Source: Chlorokybus atmophyticus
Lineage: Eukaryota; Plantae; Mesostigma and Chlorokybus algae
Direction: 5' to 3'
DNA length: 64,000 bases
Assembly (NCBI GenBank): GCA_009103225.1
Contig: RHPI01001616.1
Span: 498,731-562,730 of the forward strand
Shown: positions 1 through 13,271 of the stretch, one piece after another
How the letters are laid out: every line of letters begins with the position of its first letter
How positions within the stretch are numbered: the stretch's first letter is position 1
Notes under the pieces: generated by a model
Databases searched by the model: none
What the model was told of the DNA's origin: nothing
The model's input: only the letters and a program-made list of their open reading frames with translations
Position numbers and translations under genes: made by a program

Positions 1-110
1 GTCACCAGCCTGTCATCCAGACCCATGCCCAAGACGGCGGCAGCGGCGGCGGCATGTTGGTGGGCGTTCACGCCTGTCTCCACCGCTTCAACAGCATTGC
101 TCTGCTCCAT
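1..110 (-). CDS. 5' end of a second DDX56/Dbp9-like helicase copy, running off the window edge; intactness unknown
   Basis: The minus strand reads MEQSNAVEAVETGVNAHQHAAAAAAVLGMGLDDRLV, matching [11 protein letters not shown] in the intact gene. The upstream sequence (gctgatggtg...ctcccgcac...gggcgatgccgcc) is homologous to 5329-5395. Confidence 0.6.
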   Translation of the reverse strand, partial: MEQSNAVEAVETGVNAHQHAAAAAAVLGMGLDDRLV

Positions 111-1607
111 GCTGATGGTGGGCACACATACCGCTGACTACCTCCTGCACTCCCGCACGCACACGGGCGATGCCGCCTTAGCTACAAAACAACCTTCACC
201 CAACCAGCTTTAGACTTGGGCGCAGCGGTGATCAGCTACTCCACGGCAGGACGGAGCAGGGCAGGGCGCTGCGCTGCGCTGAGCAGCGGCGGCGGCCGTA
301 GCGGGCGCTGGCTTTGCCTTGGCATCAGCCTACAGCGGCGGGTGAGACATAGCTGCCAAACCAAATACTACTCAAATGCCGCCTGTCTTTCAAGCATTGG
401 TCAAGAAATCTTGCTATAAATTTTCAGTGTATTTTGTGCATGCAAATGGGGAGGGGGGGGCAGGCAACATTGAGCTTCATGATCGCCATCGTCGTGCAGG
501 TCGTCTTGCAGCCTTTTGCCTCCTCGCTGACTACCTCGCCGCACTTGTGCTAGTGACTGTCTGCCTCTCGTGTGTGTGTGTGTGCGTGTGTGTGTGTGTG
601 TGTGTCACTTCTGCACTCTGTAGCTTGACCCACCCACCCCCCACCCTCATCGCCGTCAATTATGCTGACATCTGCGTTTGCATCAATAGAAATGACAGTA
701 GAACGCCTCAGTCAGTCAATGACCTCTTGCTTTTCCCCTCCTCCGCATCATCACTCCTCACAAGCGCACTCCAGCGACACATTGTGTGTGCAAGCAAAGC
801 CAAATATTAAAAGCTTTCAGTGTTGGCCACAGAGGTGTCCACTAACGGTGTCTACATGAGGTCACTGGACAACGTGATGCGATGTTGGGCAGGGCAAGCT
901 GTCAATGCCAGTTGACAATTGGGTGCATGCACTATGAACAGTGCGGCGCAACTGGGGTTGCACGCATTGTGTCTGTAATTGACATGATAACACTCTGCGC
1001 GGGTCCATTGAATGCGCGCATTTGCGTAGCAGCCCAACACTATCTTCCATACCCAACCACGCTCACATGCATAGTTGCACCCAACCATCGAGTGCTCGTT
1101 GAAAGTACACACCAGTACACACGCGTCCACCCGCCAGGCCTGGGAACTGATGCCAGTTTCATATCTTCTAAGTACTACCAATGGTTCCACTGCTCCGTAA
1201 ATGCATACACGAGGGGCGATTAGCTCGTCACCTGATACACAAACGTCCTCATCCTCAAGGGCCAGTCATGTACATGCATTCGCACGTGCGAGCGTGCACA
1301 CGTGTATATGTGTGTGGGGGGGGTATACGGGTGTGTGAGGGCATGTGCAACAATTGTGTGATTGGAGTAGGGGCACTGGCCTGTGAAAGCACGACACATA
1401 GGACTCATAGACTGGAACCAACCTGAACGCCATGGACAGTCACACAGTATCCAAAGCAGCAGCTGTCTTGCAATGGTAACAACCTGCACATGTGTGTCAC
1501 ATGTGAATGTGTGTACGCGCGTGCATGTGCAGAGTTGCTCGTGCATGCAGCTTGACTCCAAGCCATACAAACCTTAGATGCCTTACCCATATGCATTCGC
1601 AGTGTCG

Positions 1608-4600
1608 TCACTGCCTCTTTCGCTTGTGCCTGTCCTTATTCAACGCGTGCGGTTTGCCTGCATATGTTGCCTTCTTGGTGCCTTCACTAGCACGGCCTTC
1701 TCCTCCCGCCCCTCGCTTGCGCTTCTTCCTTTTGTCCTGCTGCTTCTGCCATCGCGTACCCACCAAAGCCGCCACCACATCGGGCCTCTCATCCACGCCA
1801 TCCCTCACCTGACAGGAAGAAACCAACAACAGCACGTATGAGACACGCAATCGACTGTCAAGTTGTGACTCCCTTCGTCTCATGTTCAACCCTACCTTTG
1901 CGAATGCAAAGCTCTTCAGCGGATCCATTGTCTGCTTTCTCCTCTTCTGCAGCAGCCTCGTCTGCAAGCCGCGCTGCCGGGAGCCGGCAGCTGCCTCGGC
2001 GGATTGAACAGCCGCACCTGTTGACAATAAACATATGTCTGAACACTGTCTCTAAGTACTGTACCACACACATGCACACGCGCGCGCACAAGTGTCAACA
2101 TGTGGCAGGCAGTGGGCTAACCTGCAGCACTTGCGGTTGGGTCTTGCAGGTACGAAGGCACCTGCTTCAACTCAGGTGCTGTCGGGTGCTTGGAGAGGGG
2201 CGTGTCGTGCAGCAGGAGCGCGCGGTCTGGATCACACAGTTGCAGTCAGTACACTACAGCCTGATCAACATGATGGCATTGTGCCCACACATGCACACAC
2301 GTGCACGTACGCGGCGCCGCACAGGTATGTGAACGTGCCTGTGACTGCGTATGCGTGCATGCACGGTTGGGAGGGTATGTGGGCGCGCACATGTGCGCGT
2401 GTGTGTGCGCGCGTGTGCAATCATGTGTGGGTGTGCGGATTAGGCTGTGGGCATACATACATGTGGGTATGTGTGTGTGCGGATGTTCACATTTGCCTTC
2501 ACACATGTGTGTCTGCAATACCAGCTGGGTGGTCTTCAAAGAAAGTCTTGAGCCGTTCGCTGTTGAGCAGCTCCAACTTGAGCTCCTTTGCACGCGCCTC
2601 CTTGACTGCCGCCCTCGTGACGGCGCGCGCGGTGTCCTCCGCACGATACCGCAACGCGTCCACCGCGGCCGACGTAAGCGACGGGAACGGGGCGAGCGCA
2701 TCCGTCTTGACAGCAGCAGCAGCAGCCACCGCAACCTAGCATATATGCATTTGTGTGTTTGCACGTACTGGCACACAAATACACATGAGTAAATATGTGC
2801 TTGCACAGACAGACAGACAGACACGCATGCAATTGACTGTTGAACATGCCTACATCAACATGCATATGACACATGCATGTAACTTCATCACACACCACCA
2901 CCGGAACACACATATTGCAACATTGAACATGAGAGATGCACATCATCAAACTCACCTCTTCATCTTGTGGCCGCACAAAGGAAAGTGCGAGTCCCGCCGC
3001 GCCCGCCCTGCCCGTGCGTCCAACCCGATGCACATACGACTCAGCTGTGCTCGGCATGTCGTAGTTAAAGACGGTCCTCACTTCTTTGAAGTCTACACCA
3101 CGCACGACGCCGTACTCGCTGTCGCCGCTGCTCTTTTTGGACTTCTTCTTATTCCCGTCTGCGTCTTGTGCCTCGTGCGCAACAGCACGTGTGTCATCTG
3201 TGGCTATGAGGTAGTCAAATAGCCCCCTGTTGAACTGTAGCAATGCAAGAGGGAACATTTTAAGGATTTCCATCTAAGCACACAGAAAACAGCACACAAT
3301 AATGCATCAAGTAGATGGCGCACATATCTGGGTGTAGGTATATGCCTACATTCATGAGCAACACGTGAATGCATGTTGAGGTATAGGCATAAACATGCAG
3401 ACTAAGCATATGCATTCCAAATACGCTTAACTGCTACATCCAGTCAACATGCACTGAACTTGTACTTGTAACCGTTACACCTCCCTTCACATGCGAGCAT
3501 GCCTGTGTGTGCGCGCGAGTGCAGATGCCTGTGCGCACGAACACACTTGCCCATGTTTAGACATAAGCATATTCGTGTTTACTACCTGCAGCAGCATGTG
3601 ATGGCGGCTGTTGAGCGGCAGTTCAGCATTGAGCAGTGCAGCGCGTATGCCAAAGCGCTCGAGGAAAAGGCGCAGTCGGAACGCGCCGTCCACGGTGTTG
3701 ACAAAAATCAGCACCCGGCGCGGCACAAGACCCAACTTCAGCACCGCCAGCGCGTGGAGGAGCTTATCGGACTCCTTGCAACATATCGCAAAATGCTGCA
3801 CAGAATAGAACAAACAGGGTTGGGTGGGCCGTACCGTGCATGGTGTATTGCACACAGACTGAGTTGTAGTGGTAAGGTGTATATACACATGCCTACAGGT
3901 ACACGCGAACCGACCAGCACGCACATGTATGTGTGCTGGCAAGTGCACATGTCTTCACGTAGACACACGCATGCACAAGCACACACTTGCATATGCACGC
4001 ACGCGTGCATGTCTACATGTGCGTGGGCGTGGGTGTGCACATACATACGTGTGTGCAATGCAATGCCTCCTCCTCTCAACAGTTGCAACCTAGCCACATT
4101 CAACCAGGCCAACCCCCAATCCCCTCTCTTGCACATACGACCACACAGTTCACGTTCTTCACACAACATACCTGCACAGCTCGCGCGCCAGTATTCCCCG
4201 CCGCCGCATTCTCCTCCTCCACATTGAGCACGACAGGGTTATGCAACACAAGTTGCTGCAGCTCTTTCAGCTGCGTGTTAGCCGTCGCAGATAGAAGAAA
4301 ACACTGCGCCGCACGCGGGAGCTGCGCTGCGATGTCTTTTATGTCCTGCTCATAGCCATACGACAAAAGCAAGTCCGCCTCATCTAGTATGACAATTTCC
4401 AGATTGTTGAGTAGTATTCGGCCTTCGTGCATGGCTTGACGGGCCTTTGCGGGGGTGGAGATGATGATGTCGGCAGCGGTTGCGTTGGGTGAGAGAGCGA
4501 AGTTGGCCACACGAAGGCTGCCGCCGGCCAACATGGCTAAGGAGGATGCCTCTTCAGCCACCTGTGCACATTGGCAACATGTTGGCTGGTGACTTGTAAT

Positions 4601-5328
4601 GCAAGAAGTTCGTGCGGTGCACACAGTTCGCATGTCAAGCAGCTCATCAACAACAAATGCTTCCATAATATTTCTGAGCAACAATACTTTTGTGTGAACA
4701 ACATTACGTTGGGTAATATTGCTGCAATTTTACACAAAAGCCAAGTATAACGCACTACAACACACACAACACTAACGTCCACTGGTGCATGCAGCACGGC
4801 CTTCCACTACCATTCACAAAGCCACAAACACCACAGTGCAATGCATGTGTTCAACATCATCTCAGCTACCTCTTTCACTGCTCTGTACTAAGTAAGTCGT
4901 AGAAGACAAGCATGTAATTGACGAAGACGACACATTGAATGTGCTCTGTTCACCTGTGCGCAGAGTTCTTTGGTCGGCACGAGTATGAGCGCTCTGGCAT
5001 GGTTGCTACTCTTATCACTGCTGTTATGGTCGACCTCATCCACGAGGAGGCGGTGCAGGGCGGGGAGGAGGTAGGCCAGTGTCTTGCCTGAGCCGGTGGC
5101 GGCGCGGGCGAGGACGTCCTTGCCGTCGAGGGCAAGCGGGACCATCCTCGCCTGCACCGCCGTCGGCACCACGTAGCCTCGCTTCTTCAGCGCCCGCTGC
5201 AGCCTGGCGTCCAGACCCATGCTCAAGAAGGAGGCGGAGGCGGAGGCGGAGGCGGAGGGCGAGTTGGAAGCGTCCGGCTGGGCGTCCATGCCTCTCTCCA
5301 CGGCTTTGTCATCGTCAGTCTGCTGCAT
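1608..5328 (-). CDS. DDX56: DEAD-box RNA helicase DDX56/Dbp9/RH16, 8 exons (5328-4954, 4561-4172, 3795-3586, 3234-2956, 2735-2522, 2226-2122, 2017-1896, 1808-1608)
   Basis: Motifs ATGSGKT, PTKEL, DEAD, SAT, RGVDF and HRVGRTGR are present, plus Dbp9-type [26 protein letters not shown] and C-terminal DPLKSF. All introns are GT-AG and the frame is preserved. Confidence 0.93.
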
Positions 5329-7337
5329 GCTGATGATGGTGGAGACACGTAGGACTGCCGCCCTCCCGCAAGCATACGGGCAATGCCGCCGCCGCCGCCG
5401 CCGCCAGGTTGTAACGCGATACAGCGATATTATTACTGAGAGGGCAACCTGTGAGTTAGATGACTGTCATGAAAACACATACAGCAATTGGGCCAATGTG
5501 ACACGTTAGTTAGCGGGGCAGGAACGCAGCCTTTATTCAAACCCCGCCATGAAGGGTCAAGGTTGTTGCAGTCCATTGGACTTTGGGGGTCTCTATATGG
5601 GGGGGCGGCGGGGGAGCTCACATTCCCGCAGACGCCACGCAATCACACAGCAGCCCCCAACTCATAGTCCTCCTCTTCGTCGCGCAGCCATGTGCCAGTG
5701 TTGTGGATAATGAGGGAGGATTAGTTCCGCGCACCCTTGTCGCAACAACAACCGCGGTTGTTGTTGAACAGCAGCAACAACAACAGCTCTCTATATGCAC
5801 CTCACGTAGCTGAAGCTGCCTAGACACCCTCGCACATTGCGGAGCCGCTGCGAGGTGCGGGAGGGAGGGAGAAGAGATGCACGCAGCGATATAAGCACAC
5901 ACGCGCACACGCATTCACTCTCCGAAGCAATCCCCAGACCTGTCCCCAGGGGCTGGGAGCGACAACGAAGGGGCAGGCGGGAGCATGTGCTGCATGTGTG
6001 GGGCACGCACGTGCACGCGATCACGTGCGCACACGCATGCGCACATGCTCTCACGCACGTACGTGTGAGTACACACGCTGCATCTTTTTCCTGTCGTTAT
6101 CGCATAGATGCACAGCCATCGGCGCTGCGGCATTCCGCACTCACTGCCTCACCTCCACCCATGCATCTATAGGCGTGTATACGTGTATTGCATTGATGTG
6201 GTAAATATTGATGGAAGTGCAAGTGTGCAAAGTGTGTATATGCAAGCTCGCATGAAAAGGGAGTGCCAGCACGACCCTTCCCGTGACGACGGTGGCGCTG
6301 GTGCAAACCACACGGCTTTGTCATACCTGGTGCCCACACATACCAGCCTTCATCGGGCATGTGTACATCAAAACCGGCGCCCGGCCTACCGACATACTAA
6401 CGCGCGCGCGTCCTTGACCAGTAGCTAGGTCAAGACTTCAGGGTAGCTCACGACCATAGCCCACATAGGCACCGCGCGTAGCTGTTTGATTGTGAGTTCA
6501 GTTATAAGTTGTGTTTTATATTGAGTGACAATCGCTGTGGAAATAGCCTCGATATGACCGCTAACTTATGTTCTGAACGGTCATGATTTAACTTGTATAA
6601 GTAGTTACAGTGTTCACCGGATCAGCTGGTGACACTGTGAGTGAGAAAGCCTAAGAGCTGATGAGACGACTTGAACTACAAACACGCCATCCCGGTTACC
6701 AAGAACCCCCTCACTGTGTGAGTGCCTGTGCATGCTCGTGTGCATCGTGCTTGTCATCGCTGTGAGCCAAGTGTGCCTGGTTGCAGTGTGCTTGTTGGCA
6801 TCAGTCAGGGCATAGTATCCACGTGTTGCTTGCTCATTCACCTCACTTGACAGTGTAACACATTTTCCGCTCATGCAAAGAATCTGTGTCAACAGCACTA
6901 CATATAGTAGTGGCTTGTTGACTCACAGTGTCACCCTCTTTGCTCAAGTGAGTGTGTTGCATTCTGCATCAAATAGTGCAGTCTGCATCTGGGGACACAT
7001 CCCTGGGCATTCGTTATCAATGTCATAGTGCTCACATAAGCACTAGTGTGGTGAGTGATAGCGGCATCAAGACAGGCGGTAGAGCACAAACACTTTACCC
7101 TGCATACACTTTCACCTCTGGACTAGCTGTATGAGCAGGCCCACCCCGTTCTCTCCAATAGACGGGGGTGACCTCAGCAGCTGAAGCCCAACCTCCAACC
7201 TCACCTACGAGCGGACCAGCGACGGGAGCAACGATCGTAGCAGCGGAGGCTCACGTGCTGTCTCCGACTTCACTCCGTTCCTGTCAACTCCAAGACATTG
7301 AGCTTCCCCACTCTCGTCCGATAGTGACGACTACGAG

Positions 7338-9534
7338 ATGGAGTCTTTTAGCTCAACCACGTCCCTGGATTTCACTACACGTGCTGGCACTACCTCTTTG
7401 GACGAATTCATCATCAAGTTCCACTCTAAGATGCGACAGCAGGCTCTGAAGAACAAAGACTGGTCAGATGAGATCTCTTTTCACATTGCTGCTCGGTATC
7501 TGGACCATGAAGCACATGATGTCTGGAAGTCTGTCGCTGAACTGCATCGAGTTGATGGTTATGGCGAGCTCGCCAGTACCATAGCACCTGCATCACTGCA
7601 CAGTCCAGCAGCCGTCGTTGCACCTGCCACTCCCACTGCAGTTACCGGGTTGTCCATAGCGGCAGCCATTAACAGAGCAGAGGAGGAGGAACCGGAGTTG
7701 GTGATTGTCAACCTGACCCCTGCAGAGATTGAGATCAAGACGGCCGCGCGACGGGCCCGGATCCTGGATCGTTCTGCTGCCATCCTTGAGGAACAACAAA
7801 CTGCAGCCGTTGAGGTGGGCACGCCCCTGCTCTATGGCAACACCTGGCTCTCGTGCGGGACGCAGTGCTTTCACCCTTGGGTCAGTTGCACTGCGCGCAC
7901 CAGCCATCATTGTAGGTGCTGCCATCTCTGGCTCTCCACTCAAGGATCTATACGCTGCACTTCGTCGCACCTTCCCACCGCAGACCACTAGTAAAGTGGA
8001 GGAGTTGAGGCGGTTCCGGCGCAAGCCCAATGCGGACCCCCTACGCCTGTTCTCCAGACTGGAAGGGCTGTTGAAGGACACTGACTACAAGATCGTCAGC
8101 GATGAGGCGGCCGCAGTGGTATATGTCAATGAGTTGGATGCCACCCTGAGCGAGTCGACGCGCCTGACCCTGAACTACAGCAGGCCCCTTGGCTACACGC
8201 TCAAGGAAGCTTTCGAGACTGCACAAGCCATCCATAAGCGCTTGGTGTATGAGAAGGCAGTACTGGACACCAACCGCAGCGCCTCACGGCCTGTAGCCAG
8301 CACGACTGTCGAGCCTCCGTGCCGCAAACGTGGCCGCGACGCTCCACCAGCACGCGACAAAGGGAAACGGTCAGCGCATACTGCTCTGGCTGCCCCTGTG
8401 CTGTGTCATCGCTGTGGACGGCATGGGCACTACCAAAAGGAGTGCACCGAAAAGTACTCAACTCTGGCCTGCGACTACTGTGACAAGACAGGCCACTTGG
8501 AGTTCGTCTGCTGGCTCAAGTTCCCCGAGTTGAGACCCGTCAACAACTACAACAGCAACATCACTGGAGGCCACAACGGCAACAACTCTGGTGGTTACAA
8601 CGGCAACAACTCTGGTGGCTACAACGGCAACAACACTGGAGGCCACAACGGCAACAACACTGGAGGCCACAACGGCAACAACGATGTTGGCTACAACAAC
8701 TATCACACCGGAAGCCATAACCACACCAACAACTACGCCAACGCTCGCAAGGAAGAGCAAGGCTACAAGGGGAAGCATCGCCCTCCTCAGCGTAAGGGAC
8801 TAGAAGGACGTCCGCGCGCTGCTGCTGTTGCCGCCAAGGCTCCAGCTAAACCGCCAGCCGATGACCATATGGCTGCCCTCATGGCACGTGTGGCACGCTT
8901 GGAGGAAGACAAGGAGCAGGACTACCGCGCCTATTACTCTGCCCGGTGGGCACTGATGGCTCCAAAGCGCACGAGAGACACCAGCACTCCATTGCGTATT
9001 CAACCATCCCGGCGAGGTCGAGGGGAAGCCGCAACATTGTCAGCAGCCACCTCCTCCGAAGCCACCGGTGGCATTTCACCAGCCGTAACGATCACACCGG
9101 CTACGACGTCAACGCTAGCGAAAACTGCTCCAATCTCATCAGAAAGTGGTCTACCAGTGAGCACCGTCGTGCCCACACTGGTGAGCACGTAGGCAACAGC
9201 CACTACCGTTACCGACTCTGCAGCAGTAGGTCGCACCAGTCCCACTCCAACAACACCACCTGTGCCAGCAGGCGTTGAGACCACTCTCGCGCCATTGAGC
9301 GGCACTCTCGCCACCATCGACAGTGCCATTGTCAAGCCTGCTGCCACTGCAGCAACATGCTCAGCTACATTGCCCGCCCTCGACGTCACTCAGGCTGTCC
9401 CGCGAGGCCAGCAAGCTGAGCGTGTCTGGGAGACCATCATGCGTGGGGCAGATGCCACGATTATTTCTTTTGAGCGAGGAGGGGAGCGCACAACACGCGT
9501 TGAACGCAGTGATCGAGTGGGGGTGGCTTGTTGA
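7338..9534 (+). mobile_element. Degenerate LTR-retrotransposon Gag (Ty3/gypsy-like) with two CCHC zinc knuckles; frameshifted, in-frame stop at 9190-9192, no pol visible before the gap
   Basis: Knuckles CHRCGRHGHYQKEC and CDYCDKTGHLEFVC follow C-x2-C-x4-H-x4-C. The helical region KDLYAALRRTFPPQTTSKVEELRRFRR is Gag-like. The ORF is split across frames near 7.85 kb and is intronless. Confidence 0.75.
8565..8690 (+). repeat. 24-bp coding tandem repeat, (GG[H/Y]NGNN[T/S])n, inside the Gag ORF
   Basis: About five near-identical units of ggaggccacaacggcaacaacact / ggtggttacaacggcaacaactct. Confidence 0.9.
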
Positions 9535-10101
9535 GTGTGTGTCCTGCAGCACAGCATGTACACTAAGGAAGACACCGCCTCCACATGTTCGTGTGACTCA
9601 GCAACAGTGGAGCAGCTCCACGAAGCACCTCTTGCCATACAAGCTGGGTTATCTTTTACTTTTGCCACAGGTTATAACGTGTTGCAGCACCAGGACCAGC
9701 ACGCATGACTTTCTCTGCAGCGGCCCGAGACAGTGTGACCCTCGACTTCCCCCGACCCGACAGCTTACATCCCCTGCTCGAGCTGTATAGGGGTGGTGGG
9801 AGTGTAGTGTACCGCCAGGAGCACAACGAGTGTGGCTGTCGCTGGCCGCGTCACCAGCAACGCGACAACCGCACTTGCGAACAACATGGGTAACGGCTAT
9901 GACGACAGTGGCCACAGACGGGAGCAACAACAGCTGTTGATGAGGAAAAAGTGGGAGATCCCAGGTAAGCACCTCATCTGGTCTCGCATAGCGGAGTGCA
10001 TGGAAAGTTGGTTGGGAGAGGTGTGCGTGTGTTGCTTGGGTGTGTGATGTGGGTGTGTGGGTGTCTGTACACATGTGTAAGTGCCAGAGTGTGTGTGTGT
10101 G

Positions 10102-10601
10102 NNNNNNNNNNNNNNNNNNNNNNNNNNNNNNNNNNNNNNNNNNNNNNNNNNNNNNNNNNNNNNNNNNNNNNNNNNNNNNNNNNNNNNNNNNNNNNNNNNN
10201 NNNNNNNNNNNNNNNNNNNNNNNNNNNNNNNNNNNNNNNNNNNNNNNNNNNNNNNNNNNNNNNNNNNNNNNNNNNNNNNNNNNNNNNNNNNNNNNNNNNN
10301 NNNNNNNNNNNNNNNNNNNNNNNNNNNNNNNNNNNNNNNNNNNNNNNNNNNNNNNNNNNNNNNNNNNNNNNNNNNNNNNNNNNNNNNNNNNNNNNNNNNN
10401 NNNNNNNNNNNNNNNNNNNNNNNNNNNNNNNNNNNNNNNNNNNNNNNNNNNNNNNNNNNNNNNNNNNNNNNNNNNNNNNNNNNNNNNNNNNNNNNNNNNN
10501 NNNNNNNNNNNNNNNNNNNNNNNNNNNNNNNNNNNNNNNNNNNNNNNNNNNNNNNNNNNNNNNNNNNNNNNNNNNNNNNNNNNNNNNNNNNNNNNNNNNN
10601 N
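10102..10601. other. Assembly gap of 500 N
   Basis: Run of n flanked by (GT)n and poly-G. Confidence 1.
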
Positions 10602-12282
10602 TTGGGGGGGGGGGGGGAGTGTATTCGCACAAATACGGTATGCACCTTGCTTTGTGTGCACCATGCTGATTTGTGTATGAACAGCGCTGTTTTCCACGAA
10701 CTCCTCTGAGCTGCATCTCCCTTGATTTATGAAGGCTGCTTGTTGGTGATCCCCAACAAGCAGCCTTGTGTAGACTTGTGTATACTGTTTGCTTTGTATG
10801 CTGATCAGCAAGAGAAGCACATTTTTGCAGTGTTTGTTACCGATGTGGGCAGCGGGTACGCAACACATGCATCATTTATTGCTTGTTCCCATTGACTACA
10901 TGTTCATTTCAGCAGTACTATGACTGGTTAGTGCTTGTGTCTGATATGTGGATGCGAAACTAGTGATGCATACCGATTGCAGCTTGGTTGACGCCTATCT
11001 GAGCAGTTGTCCATAGCCTTAAGAAGAAGCGGTCATCCACTGTCATCGCTTCAACAACCGCTATTTGTACATTCCACATCCGCCACTCTTGTACTGGTAA
11101 ATGTAAACTCAGCAGCTATCAACCCACCGGCCATATCAATGTCGCAAGCGACCGCAAGTCCAACAACAGTCAGCCGTCCGTGCACTTGGCAAATGCCTCA
11201 CAACATACCAAGCACTCATAGCTTTTACTGATTTGTGAACACTGACAAACGTTATGGGTACAGATGCGGGATAATTCTTCCCAAGCGACAGCACCAGGGC
11301 CATTATTATGGCTAAGTGTCTGCAGACCAGCTGCAATAGTGTGGCCACATTATGAGGACAGCTTGCGAAGCGTCCGGCACACTAGATGGTGCAATGACAG
11401 GCAGATGACGGTGCTGCGCAGAGGTCTAGGCATCTATTGAATACAGGAAACTTTGTACAAGAGAAATAAACTCATGTTACACAGCATACGCTATACGCAT
11501 CCAGATTGTGCGCCCCGGTGAACCTTAACATTATCAATGTACTCCTTCAGCTTCTTCAGCAGCTCCCGCCTATCCAACGTCCTGTTCCACTCGTCCAGCA
11601 GCATGCGTTGTCCGCGCAGCAGCTGGCTGACTTGCCCAAAGAGCGCATCATGAGGATGCCAACATAGTCGCTCTCATCGTGGCCCCAAAAGCCGAGCCGC
11701 CTGCCGACCAACACATGCGTGCGCGTGTTGAGCCCAACCAGGTGTCCCATGAGTTGAGAAGCTGAAATCAAGTCTGATACCACCTTTTGCGCTTGAGCTT
11801 TGATTTAGGTCAGCGCTGCGCAACACAAGCGTCCTCATCGTTGGCGAAGGAGATGTGTGAGTGCTGAGGTGCCCATTGACTACGCAAGTCGTGGCTCCTA
11901 TGGTTGATGCCAGCATGCGCTTGGTTTTGCGCAAATATGAGACTCTCCGGACAATCAAGTAGGTTGCCCAAAGTGCAGATGTGATAAAGCTTAATGCGCT
12001 TAGTATTGGAAGAACGGTCTTGAGTATCTGGGCCTGCAGTTTCTGCTGTAAGAAACACGTCCCAACTAGCCAGAATAACCTCAGCGTTTACAAGTCAAGT
12101 TTTAAGCAGGCTGTCAGTAGGCACCTTATTGCTCTCCATCTTTGCTGCATACAGACATGCAAGTCAGAGCAAGACTTGTACAGTCGCTACCTTCGTATAA
12201 GTCACTCTGCTTGCGTTTGAACAGCCGGTAGGCACAATGAGCAAAGGAGCAAAGGAGCACGACAAGCAGCAACACACTCACA

Positions 12283-13052
12283 TGGTGGCGAGGATGTAAG
12301 ACTGCAAATGGAATTGTAGCTATACTCCGTTTTGCACTGGACATCGCAGTGGTCAGGAGTGCTTCCGCAGTAATTGTACTGCGAGCAGCAAGGCTTCGCT
12401 GCAAGGGAGACACAGGTGAGATGCGATATCTCATACATTGTCAATGACTTGCAACACTCTCAACACTCTTATCGATTGAGGGGAAGCCAATTTGCAATTT
12501 GCTGTGCTCTGGTTTCGTGTGAACTGGCTTACCAGGTTTGGTGCAGATACCAGCACCTAGTCCACAGGCTGCTGGTTTCTGCATCGTGCGCTGCATTTGA
12601 ATAGACAGTAAGTACAGATAGCACAGGAGCAACTCAAGCAGCAACAGACTGGCTTGGCAGGTGGCGAGAATGTAGAAGTGCAGATAAAACCATAGCTGTA
12701 CTCTGCTTGGCACCTGACGTCGCAGTGGTCAGGATTGCTTCCACAATAACCGTACTGCGAGCAGCAAGGCTTTGCTGCGAGGGAGGCAAAGGTGAGATGG
12801 AATATCTCATACATTGTCAAGCATTCTCAAAAATCTGTCTTGTCACTTGAGGGGAAGCTAACTTGCAGCTGACATCTGCTGTGCTGTGTTGTGCTGCTGC
12901 TACATGCGAACTGACTAACCAGGGTTGGTGCAGCTGTCAGCGCCTTGTCCACAGACAGCATCGTGCGTAGTCGTGTTTTGGGCTTAATCAGCTGGTGAAG
13001 ATAGAGAACACAGCAACAACACAAGAAGCATCGCTGCCCGACGCACCAGCAT
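12283..13052 (-). pseudogene. Secreted protein gene with two tandem hevein (CBM18, chitin-binding type 1) domains; in-frame TAA at 12984-12986 just after the signal peptide; probably continues into decayed Cys-rich exons toward about 11.0 kb
   Basis: Spliced reading MLVRRAAMLLVLLLCSLSSPAD*AQNTTTHDAVCGQGADSCTNP|AKPCCSQYGYCGSNPDHCDVRCQAEYSYGFIC, then ACGLGAGICTKP|AKPCCSQYNYCGSTPDHCDVQCKTEYSYNSIC. Both have the 8-Cys hevein pattern with CCS-x-[YW]-G-[YW]-CG and the same phase-1 intron. Confidence 0.78.
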
Positions 13053-13271
13053 CTTTCCACCACCCGACACCTCAGCAAGACGGCACTGTGAAAGCACGCA
13101 CAAGCCAACCTCAGCAAGCACCGACACGCGCCACACCCCACACACACGCGGCTTGTTGAATAGCCTTCACCCAACCAACAACGTTGAGGCGGCAAATGAC
13201 TGACTCATATTACATGGGCAACGCATAGTTTGGAGTTAAGCTATGCAACCAAAAAACACACAACAACCTAT

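Noticed and set aside
5433-6360. Coding-like patches on the minus strand (IHNTGTWLRDEEEDY..., PQSPMDCNNLDP, MPDEGWYVWAP), vaguely like an SGNH/PC-esterase relic
   Set aside because: In-frame stops, no consistent splice model and no diagnostic motif.
6430-7130. Possible 5' LTR of the Gag element
   Set aside because: No matching second LTR, primer-binding site or clear TG...CA boundaries in the window.
12984-12986. Idea that in-frame TAA (hevein) or TGA (golgin) reflects a non-standard genetic code
   Set aside because: Intact genes end at the expected positions with TAG (atpC, TOC75, RFC2, eIF4E), TAA (APK, FucT) and TGA (DDX56).
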